The notes under the pieces were generated by a model, which worked only from the letters and a program-made list of their open reading frames with translations, was not told the origin of the DNA and searched no databases. DNA of 64,000 bases, from assembly GCF_018977255.1 (NCBI RefSeq), contig NW_024704742.1:90522001-90586000 (forward strand). The letters are read 5' to 3'. Below are positions 12,953 to 26,610 of the stretch, one piece after another. How positions within the stretch are numbered: position 1 is the stretch's first letter; each line of letters begins with the position of its first letter. Origin of the DNA: Callorhinchus milii (taxonomy: Eukaryota). The position numbers were made by a program, and so were the translations under genes.

Positions 12953-13004
12953 CCTTGTCTACTGTTAATTCAGAAAATATTTGAAAGCATGATAGCGAAC
13001 GATA
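12953..13004 (-). CDS. Putative 52-nt CNTLN exon (YRSLSCFQIFSELTVDK), phase 0-1
   Basis: Long pyrimidine tract plus ttcAG, donor G|GTAAGC, open in the required frame; no homology recognised. Confidence 0.35.
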
Positions 13005-13074
13005 CTGAAATGCATTACAGAGAGAAGTAAAACAAAAGTACAGTAGCATCATACTTAACCTTCATCAAATGTAA

Positions 13075-13156
13075 ATTACAGTATATTCTGTGAAGCGCTT
13101 TGTGACTGTCGAAGACATTATAAGGCGCAATATCAAATGCAAGCATTATTATTATT
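13075..13156 (+). mobile_element. SINE 3' tail fragment
   Basis: gtatattctgtgaagcgcttt...tatcaaatgcaagcattattattatt. Confidence 0.8.
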
Positions 13157-13296
13157 GATTATTTTACCATTTCAATTTATGCAATTAATAGTAGTTATGT
13201 ACTGGACTCGTGGGTCTGGATCTTGTTGATCCCCCAATTGTGTATATGCGTCCACCTACTTCATGCCTATATCTGTAACATGTAAAGTTTCAATAC

Positions 13297-13374
13297 CTGG
13301 CTTTCCATAATCGTTTGTACTTGAGCCAGCCATTCCTGATCTTTTTGTAAAGTTGTTTTAGCTTTTTCCTGCTC
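13297..13374 (-). CDS. CNTLN: Centlein coding exon (EQEKAKTTLQKDQEWLAQVQTIMESQ), 78 nt, phase 0-0
   Basis: tttcatttgtttgtAG acceptor, CAG|GTATTG donor; corresponds to the recalled penultimate exon with D.EW...Q.L.E.Q pattern. Confidence 0.88.
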
Positions 13375-13874
13375 CTACAAACAAATGAAAAAATAGCTTA
13401 ATGTTAACTTGTCATATGCACTTTAGTGTTGTTAGGTTTGAATTAGAAAACAAAATATGACAAGCTCTTGTTTGGAGAAAAAAACTATAAAGATACTAGT
13501 AAAACCAAACACATCACATCAGTGTACATCTGTATACTTGTATCACATCACAATACTTATGGCACATTGGTATTCTTGGATCACCTCTCATCGGTATACT
13601 GTATCTGTATTAGACAAGACATTTCAAAATTTGAAAATACACAAACAATATCTCTGCTGCTTGTGAATTAAGAAGCTGTTTTACATCTTCCCCTGACTTT
13701 TTCTCTACCTATTTGGGGTTGCTCTGTGGCACACACTATTTCTGACAGAGATGAGAAAATTGTTCTCAGGCATCCAAGAATGCCTCTTTGAAACCATGCT
13801 CATGAGTATGGAGTAGTGCTCCTCTAATGCCCACCTCTTCCTTTGTGGGAAACCTCTTGGGCTCAGTACAACCC

Positions 13875-14505
13875 TAGATGAACAAAGACCAAGGTCCATC
13901 TAGTTCGCCTTCCACCTTCCTGGTGGTCGCATGCACATATATCCCAAACTATCTATGTCCTGTATCCCATAATGTTATTTCCTAAAAGAAAACTATCTAA
14001 TCTGTATTTGAAAGAATCAAAACTTGCTGATTCAACCGTCTCCCTTGGGAGCCTGTTCCACAGGTTCACTATTCGCTCACTGAAAGAGTGTTTGCGTAGA
14101 TTCGTTCTGAATTTACCCCACTTCAATCACAGGCCATGTCCTCTGGTTCTACTATTCTGGACAAGTTTAAACAGCCTGTCATGATCTATATTGTCTTGCC
14201 TCTTTAGAATCTTAAAAATAACCATCATGTCACCTCTCAATCTTCTCTTTTCCAGCGTGAACTTGGCCAATTTACTTAGTCGCTCCTCATAGTCCAGTCC
14301 TTCCATTCCCTCAATCATTTTGGTTGCCCTCCTCTGTATCTTCTCTATTTCTCCAATATCCTTTTTGTGCTCCGGCGACCAGAATTATACATAGTACTCT
14401 AAGTATGGTCTCACCAATGATTTATACAGTGGCAGGATTACCCCACTATTTCGGCTTGCTATTGATCTTTTCATACTTCCCAAAGTCTGGTTGGCTTTAT
14501 TCACT
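13875..14505 (-). mobile_element. CR1 LINE 3' fragment
   Basis: GLDYEERLSKL..FTLEKRRLRGDM...FKI and TRGH peptides; 3' UTR shared with 54461-54600. Confidence 0.92.
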
Positions 14506-14930
14506 GACAGAGCATTGTTGGGGAGCTGGACAGTCAGGGATCAGGACCCGAGTGTGGGGGTGCAAGGTTAGGTTGAGGGAGGGCAGAGAGATGTGAAAGG
14601 TAGGACCTGAACCAGTCAAGGACAGAACCTTGAAGGTTGAGGTGGGAGGAGAGGTGATGGAGGAGGATTGAGCGGTCCACAGTATCAAAGGCGGCGGAGA
14701 GGTCAAGGAGGCAGAGGGAGCCCTGGTCACACATGGTCAGGATGTCATTTGTGACCTTGACCAGAGCAGTTTCCGTACTGTGGGCAGCACAGAAACCCGA
14801 TTGGAAGAGCTCATGGAGGGAGTGGGAGGAGAGGAAAGAGTGAAGCTGGGAGGCACCGGGTCTCTCAAGGACCTTAGAAAGAAAAGGGAGGTGGGAGATG
14901 GGCTGGTAGCTGGGTAGCTGTGATGAGTCA
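14506..14930 (-). mobile_element. L2 LINE fragments (RT region fused to 3' UTR)
   Basis: LLDLSAAFDTVD RT motif and WFRSYLS. Confidence 0.88.
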
Positions 14931-17100
14931 AGGGAAGGTTTCTTAATGACTGAAGCACCATTACATTATGCACAACATCTAGAAATCTTGGCATTTTGTT
15001 ACATGAAATAATTATGCTTTGTAATGCTGATTCACTGCATATACTGCAGTATGTAGCGGATTAATGTAAGGTCTCACAACTGTGATGCACTGTCATCACA
15101 AAGTACACTCATTACTGGTCAGCATGCAATAAAACCTTAATACTTGCCCAAGTGTCTTTGAGAAACATAGTGCTTGCCCTTGTACTATAATCAACTGTTG
15201 TGGGATACAATGAATTATAGAGGAATGCACTGAAAATTGTATTTGTTTCTGTGGGTTAAATTGACATACAATAAATCAAGACAGGAGTGGGTGAGGGAAG
15301 ATCAAACCTAAAGCCTCAACGGTGCCAGAAGAAAACGTGGTCCCACTGTATGATGAGGGGAGTCTGGAGGTTAGCAGTGAATGCTAAGTTAGAAGACAAT
15401 ACTAATGCAGTGTGTGCTTGACTGCATCTGTGTGACTGTGTTTTTCCTCCTTCAAATTCTAATAATACACCTACAGATTTTTAACTGACAGACCGATTAG
15501 TTAATTTTCTTTGCAATATTTAATGTTCAGTTAGTTGGTTTCATTTCAACACTATTAATTTTAATGGATACTTGAAATAAAGCATAAAACATTTTCAGTG
15601 GCAAAAATGTAATTCCTCTTCTTTTGACAAATAACATGATTTGCATTAGTTGACAAATAACATGATTACCACATGCTGAAATTTTTAACAAAGCATTCTG
15701 CATTGCCAATTATGTATGGTGTTATGGTGTTATATTGTTATATGACGTCCTCTCGACGTGAAAGACGCTATACAAATGTAATCTTGTTGTTGTTAATAAA
15801 AATCAGAATCATCAGCAACAACAACAACTTGCACTTACATAGCACCCTTCATGTGGGTTAGCGTCTCTGGGGTGCACTGCATGAATAAGGGAAGTGCCCA
15901 AGGCACAACTACATGCAGTTAAACAGTTCTTGATTATTCAGCCAGTCCTTGGATGGATATATTTGTGTGTCAGTCTGGCTTAGTTGGTAGCATTCTAGCC
16001 TCCAAGTCAGAAGATTGTGGGTTCAACCTCTGTAACATGATATGGGTGTAAATGGTTACAGGGTATTTCCAAGTGTTCCAAACTCCAAAAATAAATATCT
16101 TGCTACTTGCTGCCATATGCCTTCCCTTAAAGAAGAAAAATATGAAAGAGTGTAAAGAAAAGCAACACACTCCATAGAAGCAGAAAGGCACATAAAGTCT
16201 TAACAGGTCTCACTATGCTCTTCGGGTCAAAAGGATGGAGTGACAGAGTAAAGATTCACCTCCATTAAATTGCTGTATCCATACAATCTGAAAGTTGTGA
16301 AAGGCACAACAGAATAAAGCAACCAATAAACTCAAAGAAAGAGAGTATATAAATGCAGATCGTAGATAAGGGCCCAACCAATATATTATCAAATGTGTTG
16401 GCTCATCTGCGCACTCTCCAAAATGCAGCTCAGCAGGAGCCTACAATCTGATTGTGTGCCTTTTAACACAAATTGAAGCTTGTCATATACCAAAACCCAA
16501 GACACAACTACTTGCAGTTAAACAGTTCATGAAATCAATTCATGGATCAGAAATCATCCAATTTTATGCCACATGTCTAGAAAGAGGTCTTCTAGTTACA
16601 TTTGAGACCTGAAGATACTTCTTAGTTAGTGTACCACCAGACTCAAGGCATCAACATTCATAATTTGGGGATGTGGCAAAGCCATTTTTAAACTCTCTCC
16701 TCTTGTCTTTCCGAGGTTCAAATAAATGTTTTGTCTTGTGCTCCTCTATGTTCTTGTTTTTCAAACCATTCTCTTTGCCTTCTTTAAATAAGCACTTACC
16801 ATCCAAGCTCAGAATCAACTTAGCTGCTAGCACAAGCCAAGAGCAGCAATAGTGTGATTTGTTCTATTCAAGGGCATGCCACAATAAAGAACTTTCTGTT
16901 TTGTCTTGATCCTTTTTTTCCAACTATGCGTGCACTCCTCCTGCGTCAATTCTATTTGCAGACTATTTTAAGATTCGCTGGTGAGCTCATCTAATCCTTG
17001 AAAAAACAATTTGATTTATACGGCCCAGTGTATTTCACCTGTGCTTTCTCAAGAGTTTCAGACACTCAGCGTGACCTTTAATCTTTCTATCATCCTTCCT

Positions 17101-17466
17101 GGAATATTAGTGGTAAGAGTGGTTAGAATACTCGCCTCGCAAACAAGAGACCTGGGTTCTATTCCCAGCAGGGCAAAATGTTTGGCAAGTTTCCTTACTC
17201 CACATGCCTGTTTAGCTAGCAATAAGTAGAAACCCGGTTGTTAGTCGATTGGCGGATTGCTTTTCCAGGGATAATAAGTCTTCAAGGAAAAAACAATAAT
17301 TTGGTCACTCAATCCACGACTGTTTGTGGGACACTGCTGTGCGCAATTGGCTGCCGCATTTCGCCCACAAATATACAGTCAACTCACTTTACAATATATT
17401 CTGAAGCACTTTGAGACGTCAAGATGACGTGAAAAGTGCTATATCAAATGCAAGGATTATTATTAT
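17101..17466 (+). mobile_element. tRNA-Ala SINE, long subfamily
   Basis: Collinear with the 2642 copy from head to (ATT)n. Confidence 0.9.
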
Positions 17467-18176
17467 GAGAGGAATTCTGGATTTTCCCAACCATTTGCAG
17501 CTGAATAGGGCCCGAATAATAATAATCCTGTTATTTGAATTAACACCTCTTACATCAGGAGGATGGCTCAAAGCACTTCACAGGATTTATTGTAAAGTTA
17601 GTGACTGTATTTTGTAGGTGAATGTTCTGCATTTTACATAGATTATCTGTGGCCCCTTTTGTATGAATTACCACTATTATAGGTCCTATATGATATTTTG
17701 TTTTCCTATAAACGTACAACATGATATCATATGCAAAAACTCATGGAAGTTTGGGAATAAATGTACTCTTGAAACTAACCCCAATTCTGTTCTCACCTGC
17801 TTCAACTCAGTTTGGGTGTCCAGGCAGCAGTCTGGACACCCAAACTGAGGATGCTTTGAGACAACCTCTTGACGTGAAAAGTCCTACATAAATGTAAATT
17901 CTATTGCATTATACAAGAAGTACCTGTTAATAATGGCAATGAAGCCTTTGAACACTGACATTGTGCTCGTTTTACTCCCTATGCTGAAATAAGGCAGTGT
18001 GTTTGGCAAATATTCTCCCCAAATAAAATCCAATACTCCCACTGCATAATCATCAAACATTTTCTCCAAAGGTACTTTGCAGATCAGTTGTCTTCTAGTT
18101 TTGTATAACTTGTCAATAATACTGCAAATTTTATTTAAAAAATAAGATGGAATACAAGTTCTGGAACATTTCTTAC

Positions 18177-18365
18177 CTCCTCATCCTCTAATTCCAATAT
18201 ATCCTCCAGGTCACTTTGTGAAATATTAAGAATGGATGCTGCCATGGACTGGGCTCTGTTGATCGATTCTTGTGAAAGACCATTATGTTTTTTCTGTTTC
18301 TTTCTAGCTTTTTTCAGCAGGGTTCTTGTGCTTTCAATTTCTCTGTATAGCTCTCTTGATAGGCA
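18177..18365 (-). CDS. CNTLN: Centlein coding exon (CLSRELYREIE...AQSMAASILNISQSDLEDILELEDEE), 189 nt, phase 0-0
   Basis: cttatttaccctctgacAG acceptor, GAG|GTAAGA donor; AASILNIS.SDLE.IL is the conserved centlein C-terminal motif. Confidence 0.95.
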
Positions 18366-21047
18366 CTGTCAGAGGGTAAATAAGTCATTAATTGCATCTT
18401 ATGAATATGCAGACATCAACAATTTGAAGACTTTTGATAAGTACTATTATTTCCATTGGAATAGTGCACGCAACTATTTGATCTTAAGACAAATGCGTAA
18501 AAGGTTCTAATTAACAGCCATTCGATTCATAAATGGCAAACAGTGTATGCCAATCTACACTGACATTGTTTGGCATTAAATCAACAGAATGTTGTTCTGA
18601 AATTAGACTGCGACTACTCTCTCTAGAACCATTCATTTCCAGCTGCAACAAATATTGAGATTCAGCAGGCTGTGAGATTGTGGTCATGATAAAGCAAAAA
18701 TGAAATCTACATTCAGAGATATTTAAATGTGTTTAATCATACAGGTGGAATATTAGCAATTTGCTAGTTCGATTCAGATGTGGGTTACTTATTCCTTAAG
18801 CCGACATGATAACCTGTGCATGGATGGAAACATTTTTAAGGACTACGTTGTTTCCAATTCTAAATGCATCATCCTGTTTTTCCTTAGTACAAAAAAGGTT
18901 AGCTTTAGTTTAGTTTAACGGTGGGGGGAGGGTTATCCTTGCAAACGAACCAAGCTAAGAATCTGGAACATGACTTGTTCACCTATATTACACTTTCAAA
19001 ACAAACCTTTAGACTAAAGCACAGAGTTCTGAGCTTCATGTATGTTGTAGTACCTTAAACTATGCCTTTCTTTAGATATTCACTGTATCTTTTTTTGTTG
19101 TAGTTCACAAGAAAGATTTGGATAAAAAAGGCCCTTCAGCTTATTTGATTTCATCCCTCCAAAACATCAAACACAATCTAAACGTTCGATACGCTTATTT
19201 CTGAATACATTAATTCCTTCTTTGGGTAATTCACAGTATAAAATTAGCACCCATTGAAAACTATTTTAAAATACAATATAGTTGGATCCCGACATTTATT
19301 TCCATGGAAAAGTCTTCCAGACATAGGCTGTTTTTGACTTCTGTTTATCCACTTCTTTCTCACAATCCTCTTCTTGTTCTCCTCACATTTCTCAACTTTG
19401 CTAACTAACATTCCAGTCTGACGTTGTGCACGTTTGTGTGATAGCCAGGATTCATCTCCAGACATAATAACAAGTTTTCTTTCTTGATACTTCAATGTAT
19501 CAAGACATTGAACAACACAACACAACATTTCAGCTTGATTCACATAAGAAATGTTTTCAACAGTTACTTTTCCATAAGATCTATTTACATTTGTAATGGA
19601 CTAATTGCTTCACCCTTTGATGGTATCTTCTGCCACACTGCTCACCCCAAAGTCCAGAAAAGCTGCTTTACCGTTGCTGCTGAGGCTGACATACATAGAA
19701 AAATATAATCTTACCCACAAGTCTGCATGTTATGAAACTAGGAAGGAATGGTCATTAAGATGTAAATTAGATTAAATATATTCTTTTATAATTTAACTGC
19801 AGTAAATGTCTGTTACACAGTAAACCATTTTGTAGTTGATATATTCACATTTGAATTTATAATACACATGCTGTGCAACTGGATTAGGTGTGTTAGCACT
19901 GTTGGCAATGTGTATTGACAATGTTGAATATTATGGATCTGAACATACAGCATGTGACAACTGCAGTCTACAACAGTTTCAACAGGCTGCAAACGATAAC
20001 TCCTGTTTCTTTGCCTTATTTTATTGATCGATATACGTTTTGTTTCATACATAGGATATTGCAATAAATATAATTAAAACCTGACCCATTGGTCTGTGGA
20101 GCGTTCACAGGGAAAGGATATACCTCAAGCAAGTAGCTTGTTTTCCTCTTGAGATGCTCAATAGACTTAATAACAGTTGCCCAAAAGCAACCTAAATATT
20201 GACAGCAACTTCACTTCTTGACAAACTTGTCTGATAACTGTATTACAGGTTTGACTGGACAGCATACATTTTCAATTGCTGAATTTGAATACTGTAGCAA
20301 GGATGACAGTGGCATCTAGATGTCGGTCTGCTTTTCCAAAAGAATGTGTAGCAACGATAACAATTAATCATAATGTGTTATTAATAATTTATAATTTTGC
20401 AATGTCAAATTATTAGTATCTTAAAATAGTTAAACTGAAATACTAAATCTTGATGTACAAAAAATTATCTAATACAGGGAAAGGAACTCAGTACCTCTCA
20501 ACATTTCTACAAAAGGGCCTTAAGCAACCTTTTAAATCACACTTCTGTAAGTATTTGCAACAAAGAACATTTTTTAAAGATTGAAGATTTTAAAGAACTG
20601 AATAGCATTCAATAAAGAGTTTTTTTTAAAGGACATATATTGCTGGTTTCCAAGATATCATTAAGGCACCATAAATGTATTTCACAAAGCACAAATGTGT
20701 TTTTTTNGTTTAAAAAAAATTATTAAATATAAATTTGGATGATAAAAAATGTCCTAAATAGCATTAGCTACAGTGGACAGAACGTTTCAGGAACCACAAG
20801 CACAGTGTATACAACTGTAAACTTAAAGGCACATGTGTTTCTTTGTAAATGTAACTTTTACAATATATAAATCTAACATTTTAAATCATCTTCCATATCT
20901 GAGGGTAAGATAAAATCTAACAATTCTAAGGTGTAATGAAATAAATAGCTTGTTTTTAAACCGCCTTATTGCCCCAAAACTTCTCAAAGCTCTTTACGAT
21001 TTTTTTNCCATTGAAGTCATAGTTTCTGGGTAAATGTGCCCATCATT

Positions 21048-21397
21048 GGATTCCTGTAGCTCATTTGCCTCGCAAGCGAAAGACCTGGGTTTGATTCCCG
21101 GCAGGGCGAAATATTGGGGAAGTTTCCTTACTCCACACACCTCTGTTTATCTAGCAATAAGTAGGAACCAGGTTGTTAGTCGACTGGCAAGTCGCTTTTC
21201 CCAGGGTAATAATTCTTTCAAAAAAAAATTCAGTCCATGGCTCTTTGTGGGACATTGCTGTGTGTGTGCAATTGACTGCTGCATTACGCCCTCAAAATAT
21301 AGTCAATTCACTTTACGGTATATTCTGCGAAGTGCTTTGAGATGTCTCGAAGACGTGATAAGGCGCTATATCAAATGCAAGGATTATTATTATTATT
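21048..21397 (+). mobile_element. tRNA-Ala SINE, long subfamily (small deletion in head)
   Basis: Collinear with 2642 and 17101 copies. Confidence 0.9.
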
Positions 21398-24088
21398 TTG
21401 CACCAGCAAGGTGCACCAAAAGCCACAGGGTAAATAACCAATTCATCTTCGGAGCTATTGGTCAAGAGCCAGCGAGACTCTCAAAACTTGGTAACTGAAA
21501 TTGGCATTGATTGATTGCTTTCAAATGATAGGCCTTTTTGTTTAACTAAGAACATTTGCCATCTTGTTCTATAATGTTCCGAGGTCCTTGCCTGACTCCA
21601 GAGTTCAGCTTGCATCAATGTGATGTCCTCTGAAGCAGAAAGCCATCATGCCTAACTGTGAATACAAATGTGACAGACCATATGTGCAAACTGCATTATA
21701 TATGACTAATCCCATCAAGTTTAGGATGTTTAGGCAGACTATGGTATCTAGTATGCACAATGATACTGTGGTGCATCCCATAGTGTAACATGCAAAGCAT
21801 GTGCAAACATGTGTACACAGAGAATAACAAATGAGGATGGTAAATGATTCATTTCTCAAATATAATTACTATATCATTTTCATCGGTTGTTAATTACAAA
21901 ATTAAGTGCACCCGTGATTCTCTCTCTACAGATGGAGCATAATGGATCCCAATGTCCTCAATTGCCAGCAAATATGTCTCAATGCAACAGACACCAGGTC
22001 AAGCACAAATGGGATCTACCTCAATTGATTTTTTGATTGACCACAAATGCCACCTTCTTCCAACTCTAAGACTTCTCCTGAGGATCCTCTTACCAATCAA
22101 AGGCTCAGGTCCTACTTGTTTAAAAGTGCAGGCCTCTCTTAGCACAATCTTCTACTGCATATGGGCACCAGATAAGTTTCAGGGTAAAATGGTAACACTT
22201 TGTACTGATTGTGCACCTTCTAATATTTAACCTGAGATACTTTCTTGAGCTGCTCTGATACCAATGCAGCTGTACATATCCTTTGATGATCATTTTGTTC
22301 TTTGCACTTCAATATATGCAGGTTATTGTGACTTTGATATGGACACCTTTGCTGGCTGTCAACTCAGTATCGATGTAAGAAATATTTTCGTGACTCAATG
22401 ACCCCTCTTTACACCTGAGCCTATACACAATGGTTGGTTATAAGCTTGTTGGCCACATAGGTCATCACACTCAAACTGAAACTTGTCTTCATTTGTCATA
22501 AAACTTTTCACTAAAACTCACATGGCAAGTATGAGTTGTAGGCAAACTTGAGAAAATTGTGTAAAATCTGATTTAATCAATAATCTACACTGTGCATGAG
22601 TACTTCATTACAGCTTGGCAAGTGCACATGCATTGATAGGTCAAGATTTTGTTTCCCATTCTCGTTTCAAATGGAACACTGTGCATACATCAATGCCGCC
22701 GGTATGTGAATGCCTCATCGGAATAGGACTTCATTTTCCACAATTTATTGCAGCTGTTAAGTTCGGTAGCCGTATTACGAGTTTGGAGATGATTTGATTT
22801 CTAAAATACGATTGGTGCAAATAAATCTAAGTGGGTTTTAGTGGGAAACTGAATGGGACTCGAATTCATGTACAACTTAGGCGATTTTAGAATTTATAAA
22901 GATAAGACTCATACGAGTCTTATTGTACAAACTTTCAACCAGAAATCATGGATAGTAATTGGTGCAGGAATATAAGCTGTTCCACCCACCCCCCCTCCTT
23001 TAGTGCAGGGGGAATGAAGCCAATTGTAGTACATCAAGTTCCTTCGCAGCTAATATTAACTAACTCAGAATTAAACAGGAATGGAACGTGAAACTTCTGA
23101 TCCAGCATGGCTCAGAACTAACATCCCATCTGATCATGCATGTCTTTAATGGCTTGGATCCTGAAAGGCTGCACACCTTAAATCATAGAACACGCATTGG
23201 TTTCAATAAAATAGTCTACAAATAGCAAGTATAATGCAAAACAGAAAATAGTTCTACGGTTCTCAGATCAATTACATCCGCTGAGATTCCAAATTGCTCT
23301 GTGGAATAAATAGCTTTCAGTCTTGCAACTGTTTTTCTAAGTAACCCTGAATTCTGATCAGTAATAATGTTGACCACAGAAGCAGCTGCAGACTCTGTAT
23401 CACTAAAGGGATTTAAATGTTTCACTTGCTTCAGCCAAGAAAATATGTTTTTGTGCGTGATCCTGATAAGAGCAATCCAGAATTTGAGATTACCACTTAT
23501 TAATGTGGCTGCATAAGCAGTCTCCGCAGAATTAAAACTCCCTCTCATCATATCAAGAGGCAGACACAGGCCCAAACTTGGGCAAAGTCGAGTAGTTTAA
23601 GACAAAGTAAACAGAAGCAAGCAAAAGGGAGTCACTGCTTTACGAATGAGCCAAACAGAACAAACACTGAAGCAGAGGATCATCTGAATAAAGACGGAAA
23701 GAAAAGTGAATATTTATGTGAAGCTTGTGGTGTTATTCCCTGGTGGGAGTTGAGCTCCATAGGTAATTAAGCAATGGATTTATAAATAAATTCACAAATC
23801 CAATACAATGCTGTTATATACTGTAAGATTTTCAATAGTGAATAACTAATGGAGAGGTAGTGGTGAAAGGACAGGCCGGTAAGGTAAACCACAGTTAGAT
23901 TTTATTTGATATTCAAATATAATGCATCCAAGTGGAAATGAGATACAATATGTTCACTGACCTACTTGCAAAGCATTTGTGATATATTGAAATCACATGA
24001 CAAAGGTTCAGTCTCCATATTTCTAATCTGTGATTGGGTTGCACAACCCTTTCGTGCCTAATGCAGTTCCTCTGCATTTCCAATGAAT

Positions 24089-24392
24089 ATAATAATAATA
24101 ATCCTTGCATTTGATATAGCGCTTTTCACGTCTTCTAGATGTCTCAAAGCGCTTCACGGAATACTGTAAAGTGAATTGACGGTATATTTGTGGGCGAAAT
24201 GTGGCAGCCAATTGCACACAGCAATGTCCCACAAAGAGTCGTGAATTGAAACGACCAATTTATTATTTTTTTGAGATTATTATCAGGTGTGTGGAGTAAG
24301 GAAACTTGCCCAAGGTTTCATGCTGCCAGGAATCGAACCCATGTTTCTTCTTGCAAACCAAGTGCTCTAACCACTGTGCTATAGGACTCCAC
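24089..24392 (-). mobile_element. tRNA-Ala SINE, short subfamily
   Basis: Reverse complement of head (ggactccac) through (AAT)n tail; lacks the central ~65-nt segment. Confidence 0.9.
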
Positions 24393-26494
24393 ATATCAGC
24401 TCAAAGCAATTGATGGAACTAGGTCCTCATCTCTGCTGATCAGGGATCTATCCAGACAAATGTTAACCACTCATCCTACTGTCACCACTCTCCTAGGTGC
24501 TGGAGAAGGTTAACCATTTCATCAGGCCATTCAAAATGTCCATACAAATGCGCTCAGTATACACATTAAAATGATCATATTATGCAACTAGACTTGGCAG
24601 TAGGACCAGATTGTTTCTTTATTCAACCTGCTCACCACTTTGGCAGCAATCGTCCTCTATTGCTCAAAGATCTTATATTTCAGAGCTTCTTTTGAGCCTT
24701 CAAATGTGTTGCCATGAAAGAACCAAGATGTGCATCTCACTCTCCTGTGATTGAAGTAACACTTCATTTAAGGTGCTACACCTGCAAAATTTCCTTCAAA
24801 TAATGTTCCTCACAAACTTTGGTAACCAGCATTGCATAAAATTCTGTGAATGAATAAAGGGACATATTTTTTAGAACACACGCCATAGTAAATTATCATT
24901 TTAATTTTTTTCAACTGTTCTTTTACTGTGGATTATAATGCTCCCACAGCAGCTTGTGCTACTGTGCACTGAAAACATTATAATTTACACTTTTTTTTAG
25001 TATTTTTCATTTTATTCCGTTTATTTATGTGTACTATGGCAATTATTTGTACTTTGGGTTTGCAAATAAAGATGAAACATGTATCTGTGATAGTTAACTG
25101 AACTTTGAAACAACGAGGTTTATTTCTCTCGCTTCTGTCTTCAGCATACACATTTCCTTCTCTGTGGCAGTTTTTTTTCAGTCTCATTTCATATGTAGAT
25201 TACAAGTCTTCAATATGTTGCTTATTCACCCACTTGGGTACAGGCAGGACACATCCTGCAATGTTCAGTCACAGGAGGCACTCTTGTATCCTGAGGGCAC
25301 TGCTTTCCGTTAAATAATTCTTGTAGAGGCTTGCTTGAGTTATGCCAATTACGACAAAGAATGACTTGTTCACATTTATATGTGTACATTGAAGCATAAC
25401 ACTTACAGCATGCTAAACCTATGTTTTCAAATTGAAGTTAATATTATCCAATGTAACTTTAAATTCAAGTTGGGGTTTATAGGCGTGGAATATACTGAAT
25501 ATAAGCACCCGATTAGAGTAAAACCCGCATAAATCTTTTCTTTACAAATCGTATAATCGCCTAAGACACATTCACCCAAGTCCCATTCAGTTTCCTATCA
25601 AAACCACTGAAGTTATTCAAATACAATAAGTGTCAAATTAGAGGTGGGCTTGATGGGCAAAGTGGTCTTTCTCATTTCCTATGTCTCTTATACACATATT
25701 TGGCAGTTCTTTTATGACTCAAACTGATGTCTGCATAAATGTTGCTGAATTTTTCGCAAGAAAGAATGTGCATGACAATAAATTGTAGAGATTCAGTGTG
25801 AAGCACTCCGGAAAGTTACCCCGCATGAAGGGAGCTATATAAATGCAAGTTATTATTGTTGTTGTGGTTCAACTGTACATAACATTAATTCTGTAGTTTT
25901 GCACTTTGTTTCATATCATGATGCACTTTTCTCACTTCCCCAGGAGCCCAAGATCCAGCATTGATTGTGAAGGATAACTCCATCCTCTGTGTTGGCCGTC
26001 CACAAAAAATATCCCAGTCCTAGTCTAGTACTGATTGCACCAGCATTTTCGCCCTCTGTAAAGAATATACATTGCTCTGATGCTCTGTTATTCAGAAAAT
26101 GGTGTGCTTCATGATTGGATTAATATCCTAGCCTTCCAGTTTCTGGATTTAATGGCTCCTCCCCTGGCTGCGACTCTGCATTTGCTTTAACAGCAATGAA
26201 TGCTAATGCACTGTGCTAAACTTGCATTGAAAACAATGGTAAACATGGGCTTTATGTCTGTTATTTATGGTCAGAGGAATTTTCAGTCACTGACATTGCA
26301 GTAAGGTAATGAGCATCATAAACAAGTGGAATGCAATGTCTGGCCAAAATGTTTCTTTATCCACAGTTAAAAAACCTTCGCAAAATTAGTATGCTTGCTT
26401 TTAGAGAGACTTTTTTTTAAAAAAACACATCGTTCCACATTTGCAATTAATCACACAGTTGAGGGCTGTGAATTGAACATTTAACATTGTAGGT

Positions 26495-26610
26495 ACATAG
26501 AATTACATAGACTATACAGAATGGAACAGACCATTTGGCCCAACTATCCGTGCTGGTGTTTATACTCCACATGGGCCTCCTCCACTCTAAATTCCCTTTC
26601 TCAAACCCCT
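26495..26610 (-). mobile_element. CR1 3' end fragment
   Basis: Diverged reverse complement of 53115-53262, including the attctatgt tail. Confidence 0.7.

Noticed and set aside
15624..15667. Short tandem or direct duplications (also ~7866, ~54088, ~54189)
   Set aside because: Ordinary slippage duplications of 10-18 bp with no further structure
20707..21007. Two single N bases
   Set aside because: Ambiguous base calls next to T homopolymers, not biology
21034..21498. 154-aa ORF and similar ORFs at 32280, 34473, 35353, 62546, 63668
   Set aside because: Read-through of SINE copies, which explains their mutual similarity
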